A stretch of 16,856 bases of DNA from Oculatellaceae cyanobacterium bins.114 (GCA_033764315.1 JANRJA010000064.1:1-16856), one strand, 5' to 3'. Counted from the first letter of the stretch, positions 6,288 through 16,658 are shown. Translations and numbers: made by a program. The notes: generated by a model not told the origin, from the letters alone.

Positions 6288-6523
6288 TATAGGAGTTTTA
6301 TCTAGATTTAGGAGTTACACAAAACAGGGTACCGCGTAGAACCTGAAACGACGTTGTTTGAGTATGAGCGTTTTACCGACCTCTAATGAAAGGTATAAAA
6401 ACTTACGTTGCCTGATAAAGCATCTTTATATTTCCATTGTAAGATTTTAAATTCTTGGTGAAATAGCCTAAGTAAACACTGACTTACACACCTGTATCAT
6501 GGTTTATTAGTGTATGTTATTTA

Positions 6524-6576
6524 TCAGGGTAGCTCAGGGTATATCAGGAAAATATCCCAGGAAAATTAATCAGGGT
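6524..6576 (+). repeat. Five phased (T/C)CAGG(G/A) direct repeats upstream of the sugar transferase
   Basis: TCAGGGT 6524, TCAGGGT 6534, TCAGGAA 6544, CCAGGAA 6557 and TCAGGGT 6570; spacing 10, 10, 13, 13. Confidence 0.6.
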
Positions 6577-6992
6577 TTAGAATTCAACCCTTTTGTAATA
6601 TTGGAATTGCATGGTCTCAGTATTAATGCTGAATTATCTCAGCCCTTTCTCGGTGTTCGATTTCTTCTTTAAGAGATATTTTGGTAGAAGTAATCGTGTC
6701 AGTAGTAGAAAATGTGACATTTTGAGATGGATTTCAAGGCTGAAGAGTTACCTTGGAATGGCTTTTAATGAAGAGCGTTCTGTTGTTACTGATCCATTTC
6801 TCTAATCTCTATAAGGTTAAAGAAAGCTCGATTCAAAAGTCTTTCAGGTTTAGACAGCTTTCAAATTGGTAAATATTAGTTGTGCATTCGGTGTTGAAGC
6901 CATCAATGTATCAGGGGTTGTTTCTTGGTTATGCAGATGTAATCAAGATGTGAGTTGAAGAAAACTGTAGAGATTTAGGGAACAAGGACGCT

Positions 6993-8417
6993 ATGGCTTT
7001 TATGACTTCCCCCATTCATTCAGATTTAGATTTGCGATCGCCATCGGTCACTCACTTTCGTAAGGGATTTGTCATCGGGTGGAGTAGAGTCGCACTACTG
7101 TTGCTTCTAGATATCACCTCTATAGTCGCAGCTTGGTACATTGCTGTTGTTCATGGAACTCAGTTAGAGTCAGCTTGGACTTCTAACGCAAATCTATTGC
7201 TGCTCATTCTATCGATCAAAATTAGTATTCTTGCAGCACGAGGCTTATATAAAGCAGGAGATTCTCGCAGAGACTATTTTGGGTTAGTCAAAGCAATCTC
7301 TTTATCAGAAGTTCTGCTTTTACTGGTTGCATTCCTACACGAGCCTCAAGCCTATGTTTCTCGGTCAACATTTCTTCTATCTTGGTTTTTAACCTTACTT
7401 TTTATAAGTGCTGGTCGTTGGGCCGTAGATATTGGACTTGAGACGATCCGCAAACGAGGTGCTGTCAGATATCCAGTGTTTCTGATTGCTGATACCAAGA
7501 CTCAGGAAAAGAACCTCAAACTGATAGAGCATGAAAATCGCTACAACGTCATCGGAGTTGCTGAAGCTAGTTGTTTAGATAAGCATAATCGGGAGAAGAC
7601 GTTTGAATCCCTACGGGCAATGGGCATTGCGGAAGCGTTTGTAGCGTGGGATGCCATTCAAAATCGGTTACATATTTGTTGGTACTTTCAAACGGCAGGT
7701 ATTACGTTAAGAATTTTGCCAACAGATACCAACTCGTTCTTTCCCAAATCAGAATCTTGGACGATTGGTGGCATTCCTTCGTTAACCGTGCCTGTGCCCG
7801 TGATTGTGGGTGGCGATTATTGGATTAAACGCGGGTTTGATTTCTGTTGCTCAAGTCTGGCAATTTTGATTTTGTCACCGATTTACTTACTTATTGCGCT
7901 GTTGATCAAGCTAGATTCTCCAGGTCCAATCTTTTTCCGCCAAACTCGTATTGGTTTACATGGGGGTGAGTTTAAGGTCTGGAAATTCCGCACGATGGTG
8001 CAGAATGCAGGGCAACTGCAAGCTGTATTAGAAGCTCAAAACGAGATGAAAGATGGCGTTCTCTTTAAAATGAAGGATGACCCTCGCATTACTAAAGTGG
8101 GTAAGTTTCTGCGGGCTTACAGCTTGGATGAGCTACCCCAGCTATTCAACGTTTTAGTAGGACAAATGAGCATTGTGGGGCCGCGTCCCTTGCCTGTTAG
8201 GGATGTGGAAAAATTTGAGGAGAAACACTTCATTCGTCAAGAGGTTTTACCTGGCATCACTGGATTGTGGCAAGTATCTGGACGCTCTGACATTACAAAT
8301 TTTGATGATGTTGTGAATCTAGACAACTTCTACATCTCAAATTGGTCACTCTGGTTAGATTTAAGAATTATTCTGCAAACCTTCAGAGTGGTACTTCAGA
8401 AGACGGGAGCTTACTAA
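6993..8417 (+). CDS. Exopolysaccharide priming glycosyltransferase (undecaprenyl-phosphate sugar-1-phosphate transferase, WcaJ/CpsE/WbaP type)
   Basis: N-terminal transmembrane segments. C-terminal bacterial sugar transferase motifs KRGFD, DSPGPIFFRQTRIG, KFRTM, DDPRITKVGKFLRAYSLDELPQLFNVL.GQMSIVGPRP and PGITGLWQVSGRS. Confidence 0.95.
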   Translation: MAFMTSPIHSDLDLRSPSVTHFRKGFVIGWSRVALLLLLDITSIVAAWYIAVVHGTQLESAWTSNANLLLLILSIKISILAARGLYKAGDSRRDYFGLVKAISLSEVLLLLVAFLHEPQAYVSRSTFLLSWFLTLLFISAGRWAVDIGLETIRKRGAVRYPVFLIADTKTQEKNLKLIEHENRYNVIGVAEASCLDKHNREKTFESLRAMGIAEAFVAWDAIQNRLHICWYFQTAGITLRILPTDTNSFFPKSESWTIGGIPSLTVPVPVIVGGDYWIKRGFDFCCSSLAILILSPIYLLIALLIKLDSPGPIFFRQTRIGLHGGEFKVWKFRTMVQNAGQLQAVLEAQNEMKDGVLFKMKDDPRITKVGKFLRAYSLDELPQLFNVLVGQMSIVGPRPLPVRDVEKFEEKHFIRQEVLPGITGLWQVSGRSDITNFDDVVNLDNFYISNWSLWLDLRIILQTFRVVLQKTGAY

Positions 8418-8457
8418 GATGAGTTCCCTGAATATTGATTAAGTAATCGGAATGCAG

Positions 8458-8499
8458 ATGGGCAAGGGATAATGCGATACGTTATCCCTTGCCCATTTT
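8458..8499. terminator. Hairpin between convergent genes, probable (bidirectional) intrinsic terminator
   Basis: 15-bp perfect stem ATGGGCAAGGGATAA (8458-8472) / TTATCCCTTGCCCAT (8482-8496) with a 9-nt loop, followed by TTT on the + strand. Confidence 0.8.
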
Positions 8500-8526
8500 G
8501 GTGTTGAGGTTGCGCTATGCCCCAAT

Positions 8527-11500
8527 CTACCAGGGGCTACCAATCATGGTAAAGGCTGCCCAGTAATAGGGATGGGTCAGATTGCGTTCGGTGTTAGAGA
8601 TGAGTTGAGGGGGCAGGTCGATCGCTGTTCCGTCAGACACAACCAGTTGGTTGCGTTGAAGTTGTACTTTGCCTTGCAACATCGCCAACTGTGTACGACG
8701 CAATGCTTCAGCCTTGATGGGGGCTTGTCGCAATTGTTGATAAAACTCAGTCATAAAGCCCAATGTGCCATCATCACTGACATACCAAAGGCTTGCTAGA
8801 GCCGTCCTGACTCCTGCCTGTACTGCTAACCCACCAAAGCCCAGTTCGGCTTGTTCATCACCGAGTGCGGTGCGACAGGCACTTAACACCAACAAGTCTA
8901 CGGGTGGATTGTTGAGATTAAGTTGCCGAAGTTGATCAAGTTGCAGTTGTTGATTCCAGAACTGAATGTAGGAATTGCTTAGGTTGCCTTCTCGAAATTC
9001 GGCATGAGTTGCCAAATGCACAATGCGATAGGGAGTTTCTTGGCGTTGGAGTTGTAGGTTCTCTAGTGTAAAAGCATTATTGAGAAACGATCGCCCTGAC
9101 TGAGCATTGTTAGTTATGGTTAACAACTCTGTAGGAACGGCGGGTAAGTCAGGTAGCTTGTTTTGAAAATCAGAGGCACCCATCGCTAACACCTGAGCAT
9201 CACGCAAATCGGAATAGCGAGTATCAGTCAGGTTGAGACTGGGCATAAAACCAACGCTGTATTTCTCAATCAAAAACTGGTTTCCATCATGAAGTGCGGC
9301 GATCGGCAAAGAGCGCAAGCCAGCATCCATGATAAATGACAGATTTTCGATGTTTTGTGCTTGTAACTCCGCCTCAATCGGTGCAATCAACCATTGATAG
9401 AGTTGCTGAGCGGGTCGCAGATAAGCAGTGCTACGAAGCCGACTGCGATCGGTGATTTGGTTGAGCAGTTGAGTTGAGGCTTGCCTCACCTGTGCTCGTG
9501 TTACGCCGGGCACTGGATAGCGAATGGGTTCTCCCTTAGAGGTGACAATCAAGATTTCGAGTTCATCAGTGTCACTAGCCGTGGCTGACAGAGCCGTTTC
9601 ACCGCTGGGGCGATCGAGATATTGCGCAAACTGCTGAGTTGAGTTTGCTTCGCGTCCAGCAAAGTCGTTGTTAATGGGAATGTCGGCGGAAACAAACCCA
9701 ACATAGATCAACGCAGGAACAGTGCTCGTTTGAGACTGAATTTGTTGCAGGGTTGTTTGAGCCACTCCAATGTTAGGGGGTTCAATGGGGGGTTCTGTAG
9801 GGGGTGGAGGAGGTGGGGGTGGGTCTATGGTTGGGTCTTCGATCGCCTCAGTGCTGATTTGAATGTTGCCCTGAGTGAAATCGCCCTCAATTCGCTGAGG
9901 GGGGGTTAGGGTGGAAGAGCCTGTGGTGATAGCTCCAGCCGTGCCGTTGATGCTGGCATTGCCGACTACAAAAGGAATATCTCTCTGTTCGCTGCCGTCC
10001 TGTCCTGCAACGCGGATGAAGATGCGGCCTCCAGTACCACCGTTAGTGCCACCACGAGTGGAAATACTGTTGACCCCATCAAAGGTACTTAATGCGCGGA
10101 AAAATCGACCTGCAACAACGCGGACATCACCGCCATTGCCGTTACCACTGCCTTGCGTGTTGATCGATCGCACCTCTACGTCGCCAATGGGGTCTAGCTC
10201 AACCAGACCACCATTACCATTGCGTGTGGCACTGGAGTCGATCGCCCCCGTTGTAATGCGATCGCGTGCTCTCACCACAATTTCTCCGCCCCCAGTTGCC
10301 CCTGATGAAAGCAGATCCCCAATCTCTACAATTCCGCCTCTGGCAAACAAACGAATCGTGCCTCCTGTGGCAGCTTCAGAACGGGTATCGAGAATTCCAG
10401 TGGGGGAAACAGACCCAGGGGGAGGATTACCCCGTCGCACAGAACCATCACTAGAGAGGGTAATGCCAGCGGGAGCCGTAATGTTGTTGACGACAATATC
10501 ACGACCCGCACTGAAATCAATGGGAGTATTGGCTCGACCTGTAATGGTATTGTTTGCGGTAATGCCACCTTGTCCGGCGTCAATTCTAGCATTGCTGCCA
10601 ATTGTGACTGGGCTATTGAAAACAATATTGCCATCAGTGTTGATATTGGCAGCAATCTCGGTTGCCAATGCATCGATTTCTAGGCCAGCGAGACGGGCAA
10701 CTTCACCCACTCTGCCATCAAAGCGAACAGTGCCATTAGGAGCATTGACGCGAAAACCAAAATTGCCATTGATAGGACCGCCAAACGTAACCGCATTGTC
10801 GCCGCTAGCGTCGGTAGCAGTGGTTCTCAGTGTGACATTTCCTTGCAGCTCGACCCTACCAAAGTCAATGGGGTTGTTGGTCGTAAAGTCACGGCGCAAG
10901 ATGGTGGCTGTTCCACCCCGGAAACTAGCTCTGGCATTATCTTCTAAAGTCAGATTACCATCTAGAGAAACCGTACCATTGGCGGCTCGAAAGATCACTG
11001 GATCGCGAAAAGTAACATCGCCGATCGCAATGTTGCCCGTCCCCGTTTCAGAACCAATCGTGATGCGACGGAAGCCATCGGCTAACGCATTGATATCGGT
11101 TGAGGTGAGGTTGAGAGCAGCTTCATCACTGAGTGCCCCTAAGTCGCCTACTTCAATGGCTTGATCCTCTGAACTTGGTTGCAGTGTAAGGAATTGACCA
11201 CTCACCGTATCGGCTCCGCCTAACAAGTCGATTTCACTGCCGATCAGCGTAAGGGGAGTGCTGCCTGCTGTAAAAGTTTGCTCAAAGATGAGATTATTGG
11301 CTGAAAGGGTCAACCCTTCAGTGTTGCTCTCAGCAATAGTGACAGGGCTGTTAAAGCGAATATTACCGACGGCTCCCACATTTTCGGTGAGTTCGGTCGT
11401 TTGAGCCGTGACATTCAAATTGCCCAAGTCTGAACCCACCGTTCTGCCAAACCGGACAGTGCCGTTGCCTGCGTTGACGGTGAGGTTATTGGTTTCGTCT

Positions 11501-14500
11501 GAGACACTGTTGACCGCGCTAGCAAAGAGAATATTGCCACCACTGCTAAAGATGCCTACGTTATCTTCGAGGGTGGTGCGGCTTCGCAGGGTAATGTCTT
11601 GCCCTTCCGTGCTGATATCAGCATTGAGGGTGGTTGCACCAATCAGGGCGATCGCCGCATCGTCAACCCCGGTGATTCCTCCATTCACAGTAATCGAACC
11701 ATCAGGAGCTTGAATTGTGGTGGGATCTCGAAATCCTACAGTATTTACGGTAATATCGCCCCGACCGTTCTCACGGCCAATGGTGATGGAGCTGAATCCA
11801 TTTTGCAGCGAGTTCACTTCAGCTCGGCTGAGAATCAGAGCATCCTCTCTCGATTCGGCTCCCCCGATTTGAATGTTGCGGGCAGCCGTTGTGGGTTGAA
11901 TCACCAAATCACCTGTGCCAGAGACAGTGCCCCCAAAGTCGATTGTATTGCCCGTCAAGGTGAGGTTGCCGCCTGCTCCGGCGATATCACCACTGAGGCT
12001 TCCCCCATCTTCAAACACAAAGGTATCGTTGGCATCTCCCGTGGTGATATTTTCAATGTTGTTGAAGGTGAATCCATTGGGAAATGTGCTGTTGAGATTG
12101 CCTTGATCCGCCCCACTCATGATCCAAGTAGTGTCTTGGTTAAGCCCAACCAGGGTTGACCCACCCAAAATATTAATCGGATTGCTGAAGGTAACACCGG
12201 AGTTGAGTGTGACCGTTCCTGTTCCGGTTGATCGCCCAATGTTGATCTGGTTGAACCCGGATTGCAGTTGAGCCAGATCGCTATTCGTCAGGTCAAGCGT
12301 GGTTACACTGCCACTGTCGTCTCCACCCAGAGCGATCGCCTGAGACACAGTCAGCGGTCGCAGGGTCAAAATGCCACCTCTCAGCGTGCCACCTCCCAAG
12401 CCAATTTCATCGGTGGTTAGCGTCACGTCTCCACCTCCCGTGGATTCTACCGTGCCTAAACTAATTCCAGGGGTAGTCGAGGCTCCGTTCCCAGTGCCTG
12501 TAATTTGGATATCTCCAGTATTGCTACGGATGGTTGTAGCACCCACCCCAACTCCATTCGCAGTTGCTATCCCTGTCAGTTGAATGGAACCTGTCCCGGT
12601 TGCTTCGACAGAAGAAGCATTGATCTCAATGCCATCGTTGTTATCACCTGTGGCACTACTCAACCCGTTTAGAGTGATATCGCCATTGACCGTCCGGATC
12701 TGGCTATTTACAAACAGCAAAATGCCATCAATAAAAAGGCCACTGCCATTGCCCGTGCCATTTAGCTCAATTGTGCCATCACCATTCGTCTCAACCAGGG
12801 TGTCGCTGGCCAGGGTAATTCCTGTGTTGCCAGTTCCACTCCCTCTAATCGAAATGTCGCCCCCTCCAGCATTCAGCGTCGAGCTATTTAGATCAACACC
12901 TCTAACTCCATTCACATTCCCCACTGCGGCTTGAGTTCTAGGGTTAGTGCCACCCCCTAAGACGATGTCGCCACCATTGGAATTAATTTGGACACCATTC
13001 AGCGCGATCGCCCCTGCCCCATTGCTATCACGATCGGAATTGAGAATAATGTCACCGCCATTGGTGCTGAGAGAAACTTCTCCTGCAAAGATGTTGTTAT
13101 TGGCTTGCGCAGTAATACCTCCTAGCCCAGTATTGGCGGCAATACTTCCTAACGCAATATCTTGACCTGCTTGAAAAGTCAGGGTAGCGTTGCCTGCTGT
13201 GGTGATGAGGCTCCCTGTTGCGTCAATAGAACCCAGTAGCGATTGAAATACCGCCGGATCGTTAAAGGTAACAGTCCCTCCTAACGTCAAAGTGCCGCTG
13301 GCAGTTTGAATGAGATTGCTGTTACCAGAAATAGTGCCGTTGGTGTTGATCGTTGTTCCTGTCAGGGTATTAGTTCCATTGGCTCCAGCGGTTCCCCCCA
13401 AGGAAGCTGAGCGCGAACTTAGATTGTTATTTAGGTTAATCGTGGGGGCTGTGATCAAGATGTTGCCGCTGTTTCCAGCACGGCTGCTACCCCCGTTGGC
13501 GATCGCACTAGTACTGACTGCCCCTCCAAGCGTGACTGTTCCAGTGGTGGTGCTAATATCAATGGTTCCAGCATTGCCTACGCGATCGCCTGCTCCCACT
13601 GAAGTTGCTTCTGCGGTCACACCTCCAGTAATATTCACATCACCCAACGGTGCTCTAACAGTGATATTGCCCGCGTTGCCAACATTTCCAAAATAACTGA
13701 GGGCACTCGTAGTCAAGCTACTAGCATTGATGCCCCCGGTTGCTGCTTCTAAAAAAATATTGCCCGCATTGGGAGAACCTCCCGTGTAGATCAAGGCGTC
13801 AACAGCCCCCAAATTGAGGCTGTCTCCCAAAATAGTAATGTTGCCTCCAGTCCCTGTAATGACTCCGAGATTGGGAGTCGCTGGCACATACCCTGTGCTA
13901 ATCGTGCCAGCGGTGGTGTTGACGATGCCTTCAGTGCTGGTGATGCTGATGGCGCGACCAGGGTTAGAGATGTTGCCTGTTGTGATGTCAGCTAGGGCTT
14001 GGAGGGCGATCGTGGCGTTATCAGTTCCGGTGATGGTGCCGCCTGTGGTGTTGATCGATCCTGCCGGAGCACGGAATGTGACAGGGTCATTGAAGGTGAC
14101 ATCGCCTCCTAGAGTAATCGTTCCACTACCATTTGCTCGACCAATCGTGATAGAACTAAATCCATTGCCAAGTGTAGCGAGATCTGTAGCTAACAAATCA
14201 AAGGTTCCTACACCACTGTCGGCTGCTCCATTGAGGGCGATCGCTGTTGTAGGGGTAAAGGGTTGTAGCTGTATTTGTCCTAGACTTCTAACAGAATTAG
14301 CCCCCCCTAATAAGTTGATTTCGTCACTCGTCAAAGTAATGTTACCTGTCCCAACTTGGTCAATGCCAGGAACTGAGACGCTGTCTCTAGCATTAATCAC
14401 ACCATTCACGACAATGTTGGTGTTGGTGCCTCCTGCTTCAAGCACAACATTTCCATCAACTCCAGTACGTGAGTAAGACTCTAAACTGTTACTCAAAATG

Positions 14501-16548
14501 TTGCCGTTCGCAGTTGTTAGAGTAATCGCACCACCCGGTCCGTTGTTAAACCCATACGACTGTAATGTATTAGTCGAAATATTTCCTGTTCCCGTAACCC
14601 GTAAGGTAATACTCCCCCCTTGAGAACCTGTTGTAACTGTATTAGAAAGGGTTTGAATATTTCCGGTGATGATATTTCCTGTTGTTGTCGTAAAACTGAC
14701 TGCTCCTCCTGATCCATTCGCTGCAAATGTATTAGAAGATGCATTTGTGATACCGCCCCCGATAGCATTCAAAGTGATACTTCCAGCATTACCAAGACCA
14801 TTGTTGATAGCCGTGACTAAACTTCCGGTAGTAATAGTTCCATTGGAACTAGAAATCTGAATATTGCCGCTATTCGTCAGACTACCAACAGAATTAATGC
14901 CAGTATCAATATTGCCAACTGTAACTTGTGTCCCAGAAATTGTGATATTCCTGCCATTTGTAGTAGCGTCACCCCTGGCAACAATAGATTGGGTTGGATC
15001 CATTGAAAACGCACCCACTCCATCATTGTTGGTATCGGCAGTGAAGGTGATAGAGCCGCCGAGTCCAAAGTTGAGAGAGAGACCGTTGATAATGGAAATG
15101 TTATCTGTTGCTTCTAGAACAACATTTGCCGCTTGATTTTCGAGTGTTGTAGCGTTGATGGTGATGTCACCTGGCAAGTCAGTCGCAAAAATATCAGGGA
15201 GTGCTGCCCCTACACCCGCAGTATCAGGGGCAGTAGAAATAGTGATATTAGTCGGGTCAAGCAACAATGTTCCCAGTTGCCCGTTAATAGCCGTGACATT
15301 CACCAGACCATCAAACAATAAATTTTGTGCGCCTGACACTTCGACAAAACCGCCATTTCCTGAGAGGGTACCCCCTTGAGCCGAAATCGTCCCTACAAAG
15401 CGAGTAGTGTCATCTGCCCAGACAATGACTCGTCCGCCATTGCCATTGGTTAGCGCATTGGCTTGAATGGAGGAGTCTTGACTGACAACTGTGCGAGAGG
15501 CATTGAACACACTACCCTGTCCTTGATAGTCGCCGCCAATCCGAATTGTGCCGCCGCTGTTGGTTCCAGAGGCAATGATTTGGGAAGCAAGCACGCCAAC
15601 GCGATCGCCCAATATAGCGACACTTCCCCCCACGTCTCCAGAGACATCCACTATGCCAGAGGCGATCGCTGTTCCTGCGCTCGTGGAAATAGTCGTATTC
15701 GTATTCGTGAGTTGTACCGTACCATCGGGGTTTACCGTCAGCCCAGTCGGCTCCTCAACATTGCCCCCGGTTAACAATTCAGGAAGTGATAGAGGAGTAA
15801 AAGGTAATGCATTTGGGGTAGAGCCAGTTGCAGTCGTTTCTAGTTCCAAGCTCAGCAATAGCCCTTCTTGGCGGACTCGGACTCGGTTTTCTCCTGACAC
15901 AGCGGCAATGGTGACTGCCCCCTCCGGAGCAGAGAGCGTACCTGTGTTGATTACGGTTCCACCCAGCAACATCAAGCTTTCGCCAGTGGCGACTGCGAGA
16001 TCTGCCGCGTTGACTAAGGAACCAGGCTGAGCCGTGGTAAAGGCAAACTGATCGGGATTGCCGACTAGGTTGGCGTAATCATTAGAGCCGATCGCGCTGA
16101 ACCAGGTGTTGCCAAAACCAATGCCGGTTGCGGTTGTGGCGGTAAAAGAAGCGGGCAAATCGAGACGAGCGTTTGCGCCAAACAAAATCCCTGCGGGATT
16201 GATCAAATATAGGTTAGAGTTGCCCCCAGTGATTTGCAACAAGCCATTGATTACTGAGGCATCGCCCCCGGTAACTCGACCCAGAATATTTTGAATGTGT
16301 GGATTAGAGAGAAAAGTAGCAATCTCTCCGGCAGTCAACCCAAACTGCTCAAAACTATGAAATAGATTTTGCCCATCACGCGATAACGTGCCACCCTGGA
16401 TGTTGTACTGATCACCCCTGTGATTAATTTGTGTATTGGTGCCATCAGGCGCGGCTGTAACCTGGGCGTTAGCAGGGCTGATATAAGCGAATGCTCCAAT
16501 GGGAGTCAAAATTAGTGACAATACAATTTTTGTCAAGCAACGTTGCAT
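8527..16548 (-). CDS. Filamentous haemagglutinin-family (TpsA-like) exoprotein with C-terminal CHAT (caspase-like) domain, ~2673 aa
   Basis: Probable start ATG 16548 (GGGAG RBS 7 nt upstream) gives a signal peptide MQRCLTKIVLSLILTPIGAFAYISPANA|QV. TPS/haemagglutination-domain motifs NLFHSFEQF, NILGRVTGG and NLYLINPAGILFG. Long G/T/N-rich beta-helix, then a poly-Pro linker. CHAT motifs HLATHAEF, LLVLSACRTALG, ASLWYVSD and HPYYWAAFTMIGSPW. Confidence 0.93.
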   Translation of the reverse strand: MQRCLTKIVLSLILTPIGAFAYISPANAQVTAAPDGTNTQINHRGDQYNIQGGTLSRDGQNLFHSFEQFGLTAGEIATFLSNPHIQNILGRVTGGDASVINGLLQITGGNSNLYLINPAGILFGANARLDLPASFTATTATGIGFGNTWFSAIGSNDYANLVGNPDQFAFTTAQPGSLVNAADLAVATGESLMLLGGTVINTGTLSAPEGAVTIAAVSGENRVRVRQEGLLLSLELETTATGSTPNALPFTPLSLPELLTGGNVEEPTGLTVNPDGTVQLTNTNTTISTSAGTAIASGIVDVSGDVGGSVAILGDRVGVLASQIIASGTNSGGTIRIGGDYQGQGSVFNASRTVVSQDSSIQANALTNGNGGRVIVWADDTTRFVGTISAQGGTLSGNGGFVEVSGAQNLLFDGLVNVTAINGQLGTLLLDPTNITISTAPDTAGVGAALPDIFATDLPGDITINATTLENQAANVVLEATDNISIINGLSLNFGLGGSITFTADTNNDGVGAFSMDPTQSIVARGDATTNGRNITISGTQVTVGNIDTGINSVGSLTNSGNIQISSSNGTITTGSLVTAINNGLGNAGSITLNAIGGGITNASSNTFAANGSGGAVSFTTTTGNIITGNIQTLSNTVTTGSQGGSITLRVTGTGNISTNTLQSYGFNNGPGGAITLTTANGNILSNSLESYSRTGVDGNVVLEAGGTNTNIVVNGVINARDSVSVPGIDQVGTGNITLTSDEINLLGGANSVRSLGQIQLQPFTPTTAIALNGAADSGVGTFDLLATDLATLGNGFSSITIGRANGSGTITLGGDVTFNDPVTFRAPAGSINTTGGTITGTDNATIALQALADITTGNISNPGRAISITSTEGIVNTTAGTISTGYVPATPNLGVITGTGGNITILGDSLNLGAVDALIYTGGSPNAGNIFLEAATGGINASSLTTSALSYFGNVGNAGNITVRAPLGDVNITGGVTAEATSVGAGDRVGNAGTIDISTTTGTVTLGGAVSTSAIANGGSSRAGNSGNILITAPTINLNNNLSSRSASLGGTAGANGTNTLTGTTINTNGTISGNSNLIQTASGTLTLGGTVTFNDPAVFQSLLGSIDATGSLITTAGNATLTFQAGQDIALGSIAANTGLGGITAQANNNIFAGEVSLSTNGGDIILNSDRDSNGAGAIALNGVQINSNGGDIVLGGGTNPRTQAAVGNVNGVRGVDLNSSTLNAGGGDISIRGSGTGNTGITLASDTLVETNGDGTIELNGTGNGSGLFIDGILLFVNSQIRTVNGDITLNGLSSATGDNNDGIEINASSVEATGTGSIQLTGIATANGVGVGATTIRSNTGDIQITGTGNGASTTPGISLGTVESTGGGDVTLTTDEIGLGGGTLRGGILTLRPLTVSQAIALGGDDSGSVTTLDLTNSDLAQLQSGFNQINIGRSTGTGTVTLNSGVTFSNPINILGGSTLVGLNQDTTWIMSGADQGNLNSTFPNGFTFNNIENITTGDANDTFVFEDGGSLSGDIAGAGGNLTLTGNTIDFGGTVSGTGDLVIQPTTAARNIQIGGAESREDALILSRAEVNSLQNGFSSITIGRENGRGDITVNTVGFRDPTTIQAPDGSITVNGGITGVDDAAIALIGATTLNADISTEGQDITLRSRTTLEDNVGIFSSGGNILFASAVNSVSDETNNLTVNAGNGTVRFGRTVGSDLGNLNVTAQTTELTENVGAVGNIRFNSPVTIAESNTEGLTLSANNLIFEQTFTAGSTPLTLIGSEIDLLGGADTVSGQFLTLQPSSEDQAIEVGDLGALSDEAALNLTSTDINALADGFRRITIGSETGTGNIAIGDVTFRDPVIFRAANGTVSLDGNLTLEDNARASFRGGTATILRRDFTTNNPIDFGRVELQGNVTLRTTATDASGDNAVTFGGPINGNFGFRVNAPNGTVRFDGRVGEVARLAGLEIDALATEIAANINTDGNIVFNSPVTIGSNARIDAGQGGITANNTITGRANTPIDFSAGRDIVVNNITAPAGITLSSDGSVRRGNPPPGSVSPTGILDTRSEAATGGTIRLFARGGIVEIGDLLSSGATGGGEIVVRARDRITTGAIDSSATRNGNGGLVELDPIGDVEVRSINTQGSGNGNGGDVRVVAGRFFRALSTFDGVNSISTRGGTNGGTGGRIFIRVAGQDGSEQRDIPFVVGNASINGTAGAITTGSSTLTPPQRIEGDFTQGNIQISTEAIEDPTIDPPPPPPPPTEPPIEPPNIGVAQTTLQQIQSQTSTVPALIYVGFVSADIPINNDFAGREANSTQQFAQYLDRPSGETALSATASDTDELEILIVTSKGEPIRYPVPGVTRAQVRQASTQLLNQITDRSRLRSTAYLRPAQQLYQWLIAPIEAELQAQNIENLSFIMDAGLRSLPIAALHDGNQFLIEKYSVGFMPSLNLTDTRYSDLRDAQVLAMGASDFQNKLPDLPAVPTELLTITNNAQSGRSFLNNAFTLENLQLQRQETPYRIVHLATHAEFREGNLSNSYIQFWNQQLQLDQLRQLNLNNPPVDLLVLSACRTALGDEQAELGFGGLAVQAGVRTALASLWYVSDDGTLGFMTEFYQQLRQAPIKAEALRRTQLAMLQGKVQLQRNQLVVSDGTAIDLPPQLISNTERNLTHPYYWAAFTMIGSPW

Positions 16549-16627
16549 AACAGAACTCCCAAATTCCCAGTGATGCCAATGAGTAACTGGTTGTAACTTT
16601 ACTGTGAAATGCACCCTTCTGTGCCTA

Positions 16628-16658
16628 ATACTATGGCTGTTTCATACTATGGCTGTTT
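16628..16658. repeat. Tandem 15-bp direct repeat ATACTATGGCTGTTT x2 (16-bp period)
   Basis: Copies at 16628-16642 and 16644-16658, ~80 nt upstream of the FHA-CHAT start. Confidence 0.8.

Larger units (their letters stand above)
4684..15669. repeat. HIP1 octamers GCGATCGC (11 copies)
   Basis: Found at 4684, 7034, 10258, 11648, 12332, 13004, 13499, 13582, 14237, 15601 and 15662 (manual count). This is a cyanobacterial genome signature. Confidence 0.85.

Noticed and set aside
6611..6805. 64-aa ORF upstream of the sugar transferase
   Set aside because: AT-rich, with no clear RBS or recognisable motif; probably a chance ORF in the regulatory region.
9911..16294. Many plus-strand ORFs (e.g. 9911..11164, 417 aa; 13814..14476) and short alternate-frame ORFs
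   Set aside because: These are antisense shadows of the G/T/N-rich FHA gene, with Pro/Val/Leu-rich low-complexity translations and no recognisable motifs.
11750..16420. Three RGD tripeptides in the FHA-like protein
   Set aside because: Expected by chance in a ~2700-aa Gly-rich protein; there is no evidence for integrin binding.
16549..16614. GTG 16614 start for the FHA-CHAT gene
   Set aside because: ATG 16548 has a GGGAG RBS and yields a typical signal peptide; the extension looks non-coding.
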